64,000 nucleotides of DNA from an uncultured Gammaproteobacteria bacterium (GTDB lineage: Bacteria > Pseudomonadota > Gammaproteobacteria > JACCXJ01): contig CAVXTM010000016.1 in NCBI GenBank assembly GCA_963764725.1, positions 160,001-224,000 on the forward strand. Reading direction: 5' to 3'. A program made the position numbers and the translations under genes. The notes beneath the pieces were generated by a model. That model did not search any database, was not told the origin of the DNA, and was given only the letters and a program-made list of their open reading frames with translations. Shown in pieces: positions 49,974-58,875 of this stretch (position 1 is its first letter; every line of letters begins with the position of its first letter).

Positions 49974-51692
49974 GTGCCTGATGAGCTTACATCAAGCCGG
50001 TCTGATGTGGGTGGACGAACCGCCTGGTGGTTCGCGGTGTTCCCGCCGGCCCAGTGGCTTCCGGCCTATCGCGCTGAGTGGATCCGCGGCGACGCGATTG
50101 CCGGAGTCACGCTCGCCGCCTACGCGATCCCCGTGTCGCTGGCATACGCCACGCTGGCCGGGCTGCCGCCACATCACGGCATCTTCTGTTACTTGCTCGG
50201 CGGATTGTTCTACGCACTATTCGGCACGTCGCGGCAACTGGCCATCGGACCCACGTCGGCAATTTCGTTGCTCGTCGGCACGACAGTGGCTGGCATGGCG
50301 GGAGACGACCCGGAGCGCTGGGTCGCCATCGCCGCGCTGACCGCGCTGGTCGTCGCCGCGCTCAGCGTTGTTGCTTGGATACTTCGGCTCAGCACGCTGA
50401 TCAACTTCATTAGTGAGACGATCCTGCTCGGCTTCAAGGCCGGGGCCGCGCTCGTGATCTCGATGACACAGTTACCCAAGCTGTTCGGAGTAAAGGGCGG
50501 TGGAGAGAATTTCTTCGAGCGACTCTGGACTCTGGGCGGCCAGATGGGGGACACGAACTTCGTCGTGTTGGGTTTTGGGATCGCCGCCATCATGCTGCTC
50601 TTGCTTGGAGACAAACTGTTCCCCGGCCGGCCCGTGGCCCTGATCGTTGTAGTGCTTTCCATCGTCGTGATGTCGCTCACGACGCTCGATGAATTGGGCG
50701 TAAAGGCCGTCGGCGAGCTTCCTCGCGGCCTGCCGGAACTGCGGATGCCGTCGTTGCGCGTCCGTGACGTAGACGGCATCGTGCCGCTGGCGGCGGCCTG
50801 CTTCCTGCTGTCGTACATCGAGAGTGTTTCGGCGGCCCGCGCGCTGGCGCAGAAAAACAATTACGAGATTGACCAGCGTCAGGAGTTGCTCGCGCTGGGC
50901 GCGGCGAACTTCGCGGCCGCGTTCGGCCAGGGTTATCCCGTGGCCGGCGGCCTGTCGCAGTCGGCCGTGAACGACAAGGCGGGAGCGAAGACGCCGCTCG
51001 CGCTGGTCATTGCTTCGATCACGCTGGCGCTCTGTCTTCTGTTTCTCACGGACCTGTTGCGCCACTTGCCGAGCGTCGTGCTCGCGGCCGTCGTGCTCGT
51101 CGCCGTCAGGGGTTTGATCGACATCGGCCAACTGATGCGGCTGCGGCAGGTGAGTCGGCTCGAGTTTCGGGTTGCCATGGTGGCGTTGGTGGGCGTTCTG
51201 CTCCTGGGCATCCTCAAAGGCGTGCTGTTGGCGGTCGTGGCCTCTATCCTTATGCTCCTTGCCCGCGTGGCTCGGCCGCACGTTGCGTTTCTCGGCCGCA
51301 TCCCCGGCACGCGGCGATTCTCTGATCTCGAACGCAATCTAGAGAATGAAACGGTACCCGGCTTACTCCTGTTCCGCGTTGAGGCATCCCTGGTCTATTT
51401 CAATGTCGAGCATGTGCGGCAAGCCGTTTTGCAGCGACTCGGCGCAGCGACCGAGCCGATCCGGCTCGTCGTGTGCGATCTTTCCAGCTCACCATACGTA
51501 GACACGGCCGGTGCGCGGATGCTCAGCGCGTTGCAACGCGATCTGGCCTCATTGGGAGTCCAGTTTCGTCTTGTCGAAGCCCGTGCCGCCGTGCGCGATA
51601 TCCTGCGCGCCGAGGGACTCCACGAACGAGCCGGCCCCATCGATCGCCGCACGTCGGTCGATGACGTTATTCACAGCTGGCACCAAGCGTGA
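49974..51692 (+). CDS. sulP: SulP/SLC26 anion transporter with STAS domain
   Basis: DAIAGVTLAAYAIP.SLAYA.LAGLPP, GTSRQLAIGP, QEL.ALGAAN, STAS motif CDLSSSPYVD. Confidence 0.9.
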   Translation: MPDELTSSRSDVGGRTAWWFAVFPPAQWLPAYRAEWIRGDAIAGVTLAAYAIPVSLAYATLAGLPPHHGIFCYLLGGLFYALFGTSRQLAIGPTSAISLLVGTTVAGMAGDDPERWVAIAALTALVVAALSVVAWILRLSTLINFISETILLGFKAGAALVISMTQLPKLFGVKGGGENFFERLWTLGGQMGDTNFVVLGFGIAAIMLLLLGDKLFPGRPVALIVVVLSIVVMSLTTLDELGVKAVGELPRGLPELRMPSLRVRDVDGIVPLAAACFLLSYIESVSAARALAQKNNYEIDQRQELLALGAANFAAAFGQGYPVAGGLSQSAVNDKAGAKTPLALVIASITLALCLLFLTDLLRHLPSVVLAAVVLVAVRGLIDIGQLMRLRQVSRLEFRVAMVALVGVLLLGILKGVLLAVVASILMLLARVARPHVAFLGRIPGTRRFSDLERNLENETVPGLLLFRVEASLVYFNVEHVRQAVLQRLGAATEPIRLVVCDLSSSPYVDTAGARMLSALQRDLASLGVQFRLVEARAAVRDILRAEGLHERAGPIDRRTSVDDVIHSWHQA

Positions 51693-51749
51693 TGAGCGAG
51701 CGGTCCTCGTCGAAAGAGCTGACACACACGGAGCGTTACTCGCCACCGG

Positions 51750-52155
51750 CCGGCTGGGCGCGATTGCTGTCTGGCTTGTAACCTTGCCGGTGGGGCTGGT
51801 CGGCCAGCTCGCCCAGGCCGCCACGGTGAGCGGTGACGAGAAGCTCATCGCGGCGCTCCGGAGACCTCCCACTGCCATCGACAACATGAATCCGAGCAAC
51901 CCAGGCCTCCAGATCCTGCAGTCCATCCCGGTTTCGTCCCGGATTCCGGCGCACTCGATCATCGCGGTGGAGGGTGATGGACCGAAGGAAGAAGGGAATG
52001 ACGGCGTCGTCGCCTACACCAGCGCGCACATCGATGAGGCGGTCTCCGAACTGGTGGTGCGTTCAAGTCACTCGGTGCAGGGAAATCCACAGGCCATCGA
52101 AGAGATCCGGCGCATCTTGCTTGAACACGCGGCGGTGCCGGTAGAAAGTCGCTAG
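51750..52155 (+). pseudogene. C-terminal remnant of an alpha/beta-hydrolase (lipase-like)
   Basis: HSIIAV...NDGVVAYTSAHI..AVSELVVRSSHSVQ.NP.AIEEIRRIL; the nucleophile-containing N-terminus is missing. Confidence 0.75.
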
Positions 52156-52195
52156 AGTCGAATGTGCGCGCGCTCCAGCCACTCCACAGAGTCGT

Positions 52196-53185
52196 ATGCC
52201 GAAACCATCGAAGCAGCAAGCCGAACTCTATCGGAACACCCTGGGGAGCGATGAAGCGGCTAGGCCGGCACGCTTTCGTAGGCTCTCCGTCTTTGGCTGG
52301 CTGATCGTTGCGCTGGCGGCTGCAAGCGTCGAGACTCATGCCCAGGATCTCGAACCGAGGGCGTTTGCGAATACGCCGGTGGGACTAAACTTCTTGATCG
52401 GAGGGTATGCCCATGCAAAAGGCACTGTGGGTACCGACCCGTCGGTCCCACTGGAAGATACCGAGGTCACGCTTAACAGCGCCGTCCTTGCCTACGTGCG
52501 GACGTTGGACTTGTGGGGCCGGTCGGGAAAAGTTGACGTGATACTACCCTATACCTGGGCATCTGGAAGCGCCACACTCGCCGGGCAACCGCGCAACCGG
52601 GATGTTTCCGGACTCGGCGATCCGAGGCTGCGGTTTTCCATGCTTCTTTATGGAGCGCCGGCGCTCTCGCTTGAAGAGTTTCTCGACTACAAGCCGGATA
52701 TCATCATTGGAACGAGCCTCGAGGTGACTCCTCCGCTCGGACAATACGACTCCGACAAGCTGCTAAACATCGGCACGAACCGCTGGTCCTTCAAGCCGGA
52801 GGTCGGAATCTCCAAGACACTTGGACCGTTGACCCTTGAGCTCGCCACCGGCGTACGTCTCTACACTGACAATAACGACTTTCTCGAGGGCCAAACTCTG
52901 CAAGTCAGCCCGATCTATTCTGTGCAGGGACATCTCATTTACTCCCTTACTCCAGGGATGTGGGTGGGGCTCGATGGTCTGTACTATGCCGGCGGGCGCC
53001 CGACCATCGAGGGGAAAAAAGGCGAAGGTCGCGCGAACGCACGCATAGGCCTTACCTTGACCCTGCCTGTTAACCGGTACAACTCGGTAAAACTTTACGG
53101 CAGTACGGGTGTTTACACGAAGACCGGCACCGACTTCGACTTGGTGGGGATCGTCTGGCAATTCCGTTGGGGCGCGGGACTTTAG
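52196..53185 (+). CDS. Outer-membrane transporter, COG4313/MetA-pathway (SphA-like) family
   Basis: AQDLEPRAFANTPVGLN, SGLGDPRL, P.GQYD.DKL.NIGTNRWSFKPE.G. Confidence 0.85.
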   Translation: MPKPSKQQAELYRNTLGSDEAARPARFRRLSVFGWLIVALAAASVETHAQDLEPRAFANTPVGLNFLIGGYAHAKGTVGTDPSVPLEDTEVTLNSAVLAYVRTLDLWGRSGKVDVILPYTWASGSATLAGQPRNRDVSGLGDPRLRFSMLLYGAPALSLEEFLDYKPDIIIGTSLEVTPPLGQYDSDKLLNIGTNRWSFKPEVGISKTLGPLTLELATGVRLYTDNNDFLEGQTLQVSPIYSVQGHLIYSLTPGMWVGLDGLYYAGGRPTIEGKKGEGRANARIGLTLTLPVNRYNSVKLYGSTGVYTKTGTDFDLVGIVWQFRWGAGL

Positions 53186-53340
53186 ATGAACGCTGGTCGC
53201 AGCTAATCTAGATCAGGAGCCTGGGTGGGGTCAGGGAGCCGGGGGGTCTGGCCACCGCGAGTGAGTCCTCGTAACCCTGATCGGATGACTTGTTCTCAGA
53301 ACAGGGATAGTCTATATGATTGCAGAGGAGGCGAGAAACC

Positions 53341-54198
53341 ATGAAGAAAAAATGGTGGCGACGGGTCAGCGCCGTGCAATGTGCATCCGTCCTGTTGGTT
53401 CTCTCCGGCTGTGCCGCGGAGCAAGCGGCAACCCGAGTGGAGCCGCAGGCGGCGGCCCCGCCGACGGCACGCACAATCGCTGAGCCCGCCGATGCCGAGG
53501 CTATCCTCATGCGGATGGCCAAGTTCTTGTCCCAGGCCCAGCACTTCAGCGTAAATCTTGTCAGCGGCTACGACGTGGTCCAGGAATCCGGCCAGAAGAT
53601 CGAATTCGGCGAGACGCGGAAGATTACCGTGAGCCGGCCCAACCATCTGCGCGTCGAGGTGGAGCAGAGCGACGGCGCAAAGCATCTCGTCCTGTACGAT
53701 GGCAAGGACATCACGACCTTCAGCCCGTCGCAGAACGTATATGCGCAGACATACAAACCCGGTGGCATCGACGAAGCGGTCACCTATTTCCTCAAGGACC
53801 TTCACATGCGGCTACCGCTGGCTGCACTCTTGCTCAGTCGGTTTCCGGACGAGATCGAACGCCGGACCCAGTCGCTCGATTATGTGGAGCGGACGCTAAT
53901 CCATGGGACACCGACCCATCACCTGGCAGGACGCACCCAGACGGTGGATTATCAGATCTGGATCGCGGAGGGCGCCCAGCCGCTGCCGCTTCGAGCGGTA
54001 TTGACCTACAAGAATGCGGAAGGCCAGCCCCAGTTCCGGGCAGAGTTTCACGATTGGAACCTGACGCCCGAATTTGGGGACGTTCAGTTCACGTTCACCC
54101 CGCCCGAAGGGGCACGGAAGATCGCCTTCCTTGCGCAGTTGCCCCAAATCGGGGTTCAGGGAGCCTCAACGCCGAAACAAATCGGAGGACAGAAATGA
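53341..54198 (+). CDS. DUF2092 family protein with lipobox
   Basis: LSGC, ITVSRPNHLRVE, LYDGK, DYQIWIAEG.QPLP. Confidence 0.85.
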   Translation: MKKKWWRRVSAVQCASVLLVLSGCAAEQAATRVEPQAAAPPTARTIAEPADAEAILMRMAKFLSQAQHFSVNLVSGYDVVQESGQKIEFGETRKITVSRPNHLRVEVEQSDGAKHLVLYDGKDITTFSPSQNVYAQTYKPGGIDEAVTYFLKDLHMRLPLAALLLSRFPDEIERRTQSLDYVERTLIHGTPTHHLAGRTQTVDYQIWIAEGAQPLPLRAVLTYKNAEGQPQFRAEFHDWNLTPEFGDVQFTFTPPEGARKIAFLAQLPQIGVQGASTPKQIGGQK

Positions 54199-55106
54199 AG
54201 ATCAGGCCATTGGCAACTATTACGACCATCGCGACCACACTCTTTTTCCTGGTGGCAATCGTGGATGACGCGTCTGCGCGTGGACGAGGCGGTGGAGGCG
54301 GCGGGGGCTTCTCCCGTGGTGGCGGTGGGGGCGGAGGTGGGGGTTTTTCACGCAGTGGTGCCGCCTCGAGCGGCAGCTTCTCTTCCGGCGCCCGCGGAGC
54401 ATCGTCTAGGTCCGGCTCGATGAGCTCCGGGAGTGCGGCCTACTCGCAGAGGTCGGCGCAACGGTCCCAGACCCAGCAGACCGCGTCCGCCAACCAGCAA
54501 ACGCGGTCTTCCAGTCGTCAACAGCAACAGCAGCAGGCGCAGCAGTCGCGCTCGCAACAGCAACAGACAACGCAGCAGAGCCGACAGCAGCAGCAACAGC
54601 AGGCACAGCAGACGCGCTCGCAGCAGCAGCAAAGCCGGCAGCAGGCTTCGAATGAGAACGTAGATGCCCGGCAGCAGGGCTACAGCGAGCGGACGGATTC
54701 CCGACAGCAGGGCTATAGCGAAAGGACCGATGCGCGTCAGCAGGGCTATACCGAGCGTCAAGGGAACCGGCAGGACTACGCGGACGATCACTACCATGGC
54801 GGGGTTTATTACGGCGGGGACTACGACGATGACGATTGGGACGACGGTGAAGTCGCGGCCGTGGCGATCGGCTCAGCGGCAGTAGGTGCCATGGCGGGCT
54901 ACGCGGCGGGAACTTCGGACACTACCACCTCGACGGTGGTTTACACCTCGCCACCGCCCGGGGGCTACACGAGCCTTCCCTGCACGCCTGAGGTGATCGC
55001 TGTCAGCGGCGTGACGTACTACCGGTGCGGTTCGACCTGGTACACCCAGGCTTATGGAGGCGGTGGCGTCAGCTATATGGTCGTGTCACCGCCGCCCGGA
55101 TATTAA
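54195..55106 (+). CDS. Secreted Gly/Gln-rich 11-aa-repeat protein with C-terminal DUF6515-like domain
   Basis: ATGA overlap with DUF2092; RGRGGGG, poly-Q hendecads, (DARQQGYSERT)x3, C-terminus LPC...TYYRCGSTWY...YMVVSPP. Confidence 0.8.
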   Translation: MKIRPLATITTIATTLFFLVAIVDDASARGRGGGGGGGFSRGGGGGGGGGFSRSGAASSGSFSSGARGASSRSGSMSSGSAAYSQRSAQRSQTQQTASANQQTRSSSRQQQQQQAQQSRSQQQQTTQQSRQQQQQQAQQTRSQQQQSRQQASNENVDARQQGYSERTDSRQQGYSERTDARQQGYTERQGNRQDYADDHYHGGVYYGGDYDDDDWDDGEVAAVAIGSAAVGAMAGYAAGTSDTTTSTVVYTSPPPGGYTSLPCTPEVIAVSGVTYYRCGSTWYTQAYGGGGVSYMVVSPPPGY

Positions 55107-55189
55107 ACCGTCGGTGCGGGGTGGGCATGACCCATCCCGCCCGAAATCGAATCGGACGTGCGTGATCCCAAAAAGGGAAGTGACGACGC

Positions 55190-55390
55190 TACTTCGTCGC
55201 CCCCCAGCCGCTCGAACTCTCCTTCGGGAGGGCGGAGATGGGCTCGCTGTTCATGGCCGTGCTCATTGGCGCGATAGTCGCCGGGGACGGGCGATCCAAC
55301 TGGTACAAGGGCGTGCAGCTCATCACCGTCTATGTGATCATTGCCCTGATGTTCTACGTCCTGCCGGCCGTCAGCACGGGCCCGCGATGA
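55190..55390 (+). pseudogene. C-terminal remnant of a Ca2+/H+ antiporter (CAX/ChaA)
   Basis: YFVAPQPLELSF...VAGDGRSNWYKGVQLITVYVIIALMFY. Confidence 0.75.
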
Positions 55391-56067
55391 GAAGCGGGCT
55401 CTGGAAGGGAATGCTCCAGTTCTGGACCTCGGACCGGGGCCTGCCCATTTTTCTCCTGCTGCTCATTTTTGTTGTCTTCATTCTGCCTGTAGCCGCCAGC
55501 CCCGGCCCTTTGGGACGGCTCACAAGCGATGTGGTGTTATCGCTGTTGCTCGTAGCGGGCGCGATGGCGGCGGCAGAGCCGCGTTGGGTTCGACGTATTG
55601 TCCCGCCGATTGCCGCTCTGGCTCTCCTCGTGCGCTGGGCGAACGCCGCCATATCCTCCACCGACCTCGCCATGTGGCGCGAACTGTCCATGCTCGTCAC
55701 GCTGATGCTGTTCGCCATCGTTGTGGCCGCGCAGGTCTTTCGTCGCGGCCGCATCACGCTCCAGCGCATCCTAGGTGCCGTCGCCGTGTACCTGCTGCTC
55801 GGCCTTGCCTGGGCAAGCGCCTACGAGCTTTTGTATCTCTCGCGTCCGGGAGCATTCGCCGGATCGGTCAACGATGTCTCCACGTCGCAGACCTGGATCT
55901 ATTACAGCTTCGTGACGCTCACGACCATGGGCTACGGCGATATCACGCCTGTGCATCCCATCGCCCGTTCGCTCGCCGTCCTGGAGGCACTGACCGGCCA
56001 GCTCTATCTCACGATCACGCTAGCCCGCCTGGTTGGGCTGCAGCTCGCATCGCGAGAAGACGGCTGA
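55387..56067 (+). CDS. Potassium channel family protein
   Basis: YYSFVTLTTMGYGDITP selectivity filter; GQLYL...ARLVG. Confidence 0.9.
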   Translation: MRSGLWKGMLQFWTSDRGLPIFLLLLIFVVFILPVAASPGPLGRLTSDVVLSLLLVAGAMAAAEPRWVRRIVPPIAALALLVRWANAAISSTDLAMWRELSMLVTLMLFAIVVAAQVFRRGRITLQRILGAVAVYLLLGLAWASAYELLYLSRPGAFAGSVNDVSTSQTWIYYSFVTLTTMGYGDITPVHPIARSLAVLEALTGQLYLTITLARLVGLQLASREDG

Positions 56068-56127
56068 CCGAACAGCCCAGGAAGATATGGTGCTTGTGGT
56101 GTAGGTCGTTCTCGAAAAACGACTTTA

Positions 56128-56143
56128 GGAAGCTCTGAATAAG
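56128..56143 (+). mobile_element. Orphan IS5-like terminal inverted repeat
   Basis: TTA-GGAAGCTCTGAATAAG resembles the IS5 end GGAAGGTGCGAATAAG; no partner end or transposase found. Confidence 0.35.
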
Positions 56144-56349
56144 CTATTGCGCCGCCCATCTGCTTTGTCGCGTGCTCTCTCGCCGCTCACTTGCTTTTTC
56201 ATCGAATGGTCTCCGTAAGATCAGGGCTAGATTCCGGTCTTAGGGTCGGCCCGGAAGCCACGCTTTCGGAAAAAAAGCAAGGCCATCGCGCCGAAGACAC
56301 TCAGCGCGAACGGGTACCTAAGCCATAACTTTTTTGGCATCTTTTGGCA

Positions 56350-57045
56350 TCAGTCATGCCTGTCCTTCTCCAATTCCGGCACGATCGCCGGAGACGGCCC
56401 ACGCAGATTGCCGACCAGGATGTGCAGACTGACCAGCAGCACCCACAGCGGGAACACCAGTACAATACCTTCGATGTAACGGCTGCTGAGCAGCAGCAGC
56501 ACCGCCACCGCATAGCCGAGGAAGGAAATCCAGCGGGCGATGAACCCGGTCCGCAGGGCGAGGGTGGACGTTGCGATCATGAACACCCCCGCCATCTTGA
56601 TCGCGTAGACGTTCATGATCTCGTAGGTGATGGCGCGGGCGAAGGTGAACGTGGCGGAGCCGAGCAGGCTTTCTGGTGCAGCCACATAGGCGATGATGAT
56701 GCCGCCCGCCACCGCGGCGGAGAAGAACAACATGGCGAGAAACAGCAGTCCGCTACCGAGAAAGACAGTGGCGAAGAACCGGTCTTCCCGCTCGCCCAGA
56801 CGGTCGCGCAGCACTCCCATGAACCACAGGAAGGCAATGCCCGCGAATGGGACCAAGTTCAGTGCCAGCGCAACGGTGTTGGCCCGGGTACGCAGCCAAG
56901 CCCCTGCCTCCAGCGGATCGGCCGGGACCGAAAACCGGAGGAGCACGAAGCTCGTAATCAGCAGAACCGAAAAGAGGATGCCGGCGACCGCAGCGGCACG
57001 CGGCGCCCTCAAGTGCGCAGAGATCAAGGTCTCTTCCGTCGGCAT
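56350..57045 (-). CDS. Conserved hypothetical membrane protein
   Basis: PRAAAVAGILFS, LVPFAGIAFLWF.GV.RDR.GEREDRFFATVF; about six TM helices. Confidence 0.8.
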   Translation of the reverse strand: MPTEETLISAHLRAPRAAAVAGILFSVLLITSFVLLRFSVPADPLEAGAWLRTRANTVALALNLVPFAGIAFLWFMGVLRDRLGEREDRFFATVFLGSGLLFLAMLFFSAAVAGGIIIAYVAAPESLLGSATFTFARAITYEIMNVYAIKMAGVFMIATSTLALRTGFIARWISFLGYAVAVLLLLSSRYIEGIVLVFPLWVLLVSLHILVGNLRGPSPAIVPELEKDRHD

Positions 57046-57082
57046 CACGTCCTCCTGGGAGTGCATTGAGCGCAATGGTTCC

Positions 57083-58408
57083 TCAAGGCCGGGGCACGGT
57101 GCCGTTCGAGGCTTCCGCCTGACCGCGCGACAGGCCCAAGCCCTGCCGGTCCTGTTGGAGCGCCATCAGCCGATCTTCGGCATCGAGAACCGAGTGTTCC
57201 ACGGCCAGGTCCAAGTGCCGCAAATATCGCCGTATTAACTCCGTGCGCTCCGCGTCGGTCACCGATTCGGCCAAACCCAGGAGGGCTGCGCGCAGTCGGC
57301 GCATGACCTGCACCGAGCCGGTACCATACTGGCGGATCTCGTCGAACGCGAGCGTCAGGTAGTCCTCCCAGCTGGGCGTGGGGAAGACGAGACGGAAAGC
57401 GCCCCGCTCATCGCAAACGCAGCCCGCATCGATCGCACGCCGGCCGAGGCGGCGCAGCAGATCCTCGATCTGATCGATCGCCTGGACCGCCGTGGTCGGA
57501 TCGTTGATGGCCGGGGAAAGGGCCTTGATGGCGATGTCCACCAGGAGCCTCAGGGGATATTTGGGATCCTGTTCGAAAGTGCGTTCCCTCGCCAACCCGA
57601 TCGCCTGCCGCAGGCGGGCTTCCGGGACCGGCCTGCCGCCGTACACGCGTAGGAGCACGGCGCCTTCGATCAGCGCGTCGCCGACCGCACAATCCATGAC
57701 GATCACGGCATCCGCCGCCCGCGCCTGCCGGACCAGGGCATCGATGTCGAATCGAGCGATGGCTTGCGGTTCGCCCGAGTAGTGCAAGGTCTGGGTGATC
57801 GGGCGCTGCCGGGCCTGCTCGGCCGCAACGCCCCACGACTGCGGCCCTGCGTCCCCTGCCGGGTCCAGTCGTGGGAACATGCCCCCAATGACCTCACGAC
57901 CTCTTTGGCCGATGATACGGAGCACGTTCGCAATCTGAAGTTCGCTCAGCCGATTCACCAGCCGGGCAAACACGATCATGCTGGCGATAAGCAGAATCGT
58001 AACGAGCAGGACCGAGAACAGGGGCACCTTGCCGTCCCCTCCGCGATCGGTCCAGACCAGCGCCGCGAGCGCATAACTGAATGTGGCGGTGAAGAGACCG
58101 AGTGAGTGGAAGAGCATGGGGTCGCGGCCGAACCAAGCGACCAGACGCGGTGAATAGGCCACGGCGCTGAACTGCACCACGACAAAGGCTAGCGCGAACA
58201 CGATGCCGGTCAGCGCCATCATGCCGGACGCGATGGCGGACAACGCCGCCAGAGCCGAAGCAACCGACAGGCTGTGACTGAAAGATGCAAGGTATTCGTG
58301 CTCGAGCCGTGGAAAAACCAATGCGCAAACCACGGTCACGCTCACATACAGCATCGGAATAGACCAAAGCGGCACATCTTGTCGATACACTTTCAATGTG
58401 TTACGCAT
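57083..58408 (-). CDS. DUF2254 membrane protein
   Basis: QFSAVAYSPRL, ERTFEQDP, LVDIAIKALSPAINDPTTA. Confidence 0.9.
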   Translation of the reverse strand: MRNTLKVYRQDVPLWSIPMLYVSVTVVCALVFPRLEHEYLASFSHSLSVASALAALSAIASGMMALTGIVFALAFVVVQFSAVAYSPRLVAWFGRDPMLFHSLGLFTATFSYALAALVWTDRGGDGKVPLFSVLLVTILLIASMIVFARLVNRLSELQIANVLRIIGQRGREVIGGMFPRLDPAGDAGPQSWGVAAEQARQRPITQTLHYSGEPQAIARFDIDALVRQARAADAVIVMDCAVGDALIEGAVLLRVYGGRPVPEARLRQAIGLARERTFEQDPKYPLRLLVDIAIKALSPAINDPTTAVQAIDQIEDLLRRLGRRAIDAGCVCDERGAFRLVFPTPSWEDYLTLAFDEIRQYGTGSVQVMRRLRAALLGLAESVTDAERTELIRRYLRHLDLAVEHSVLDAEDRLMALQQDRQGLGLSRGQAEASNGTVPRP

Positions 58409-58462
58409 GATGGTCGCTCATCTCATCCCCGCCCCGGCGCAAGGTCCAATGCGAAATGGCCG

Positions 58463-58837
58463 TCAGCGCGCCCCATCCGCATGCCCGTCCGCGGCCTGCG
58501 CGCGCTGCCAGGGCCAGCGCCCGCTCACCTCCAGCTCCAGCGCGAAGCTCAGGAAGGTCCGGATCGCCACGATCACCGCGAGTACCCCGAGGTTCTGTAA
58601 TGTGGGTTCGATGGCCACGGTCCCGATGATGTCGGCGATCACCAGAAGCTCCAGACCGAGCAGGATCGCCCGTCCGAGATCGGCCCGCAAGCCGTGGTAA
58701 GCGTCCTGGAAAACGACGCGGCGCGACAAACGCCTGGCAAAGGCTCCCCCGGCAAGCAGGGCACCGAGCAGGAGCACAACGACGCCCGCGAGCTCGACAA
58801 CGCGCGCCGACGCAACGACCAGGTGTTCGTAGTCCAT
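58463..58837 (-). CDS. DUF1622 membrane protein
   Basis: LGRAILLGLELLVIADII.T, IRTFLS..LE.E..GRWPW. Confidence 0.9.
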   Translation of the reverse strand: MDYEHLVVASARVVELAGVVVLLLGALLAGGAFARRLSRRVVFQDAYHGLRADLGRAILLGLELLVIADIIGTVAIEPTLQNLGVLAVIVAIRTFLSFALELEVSGRWPWQRAQAADGHADGAR

Positions 58838-58875
58838 CTACGTTTGTAAGCCCGTACCGCAGACTTTCGGCCGTG

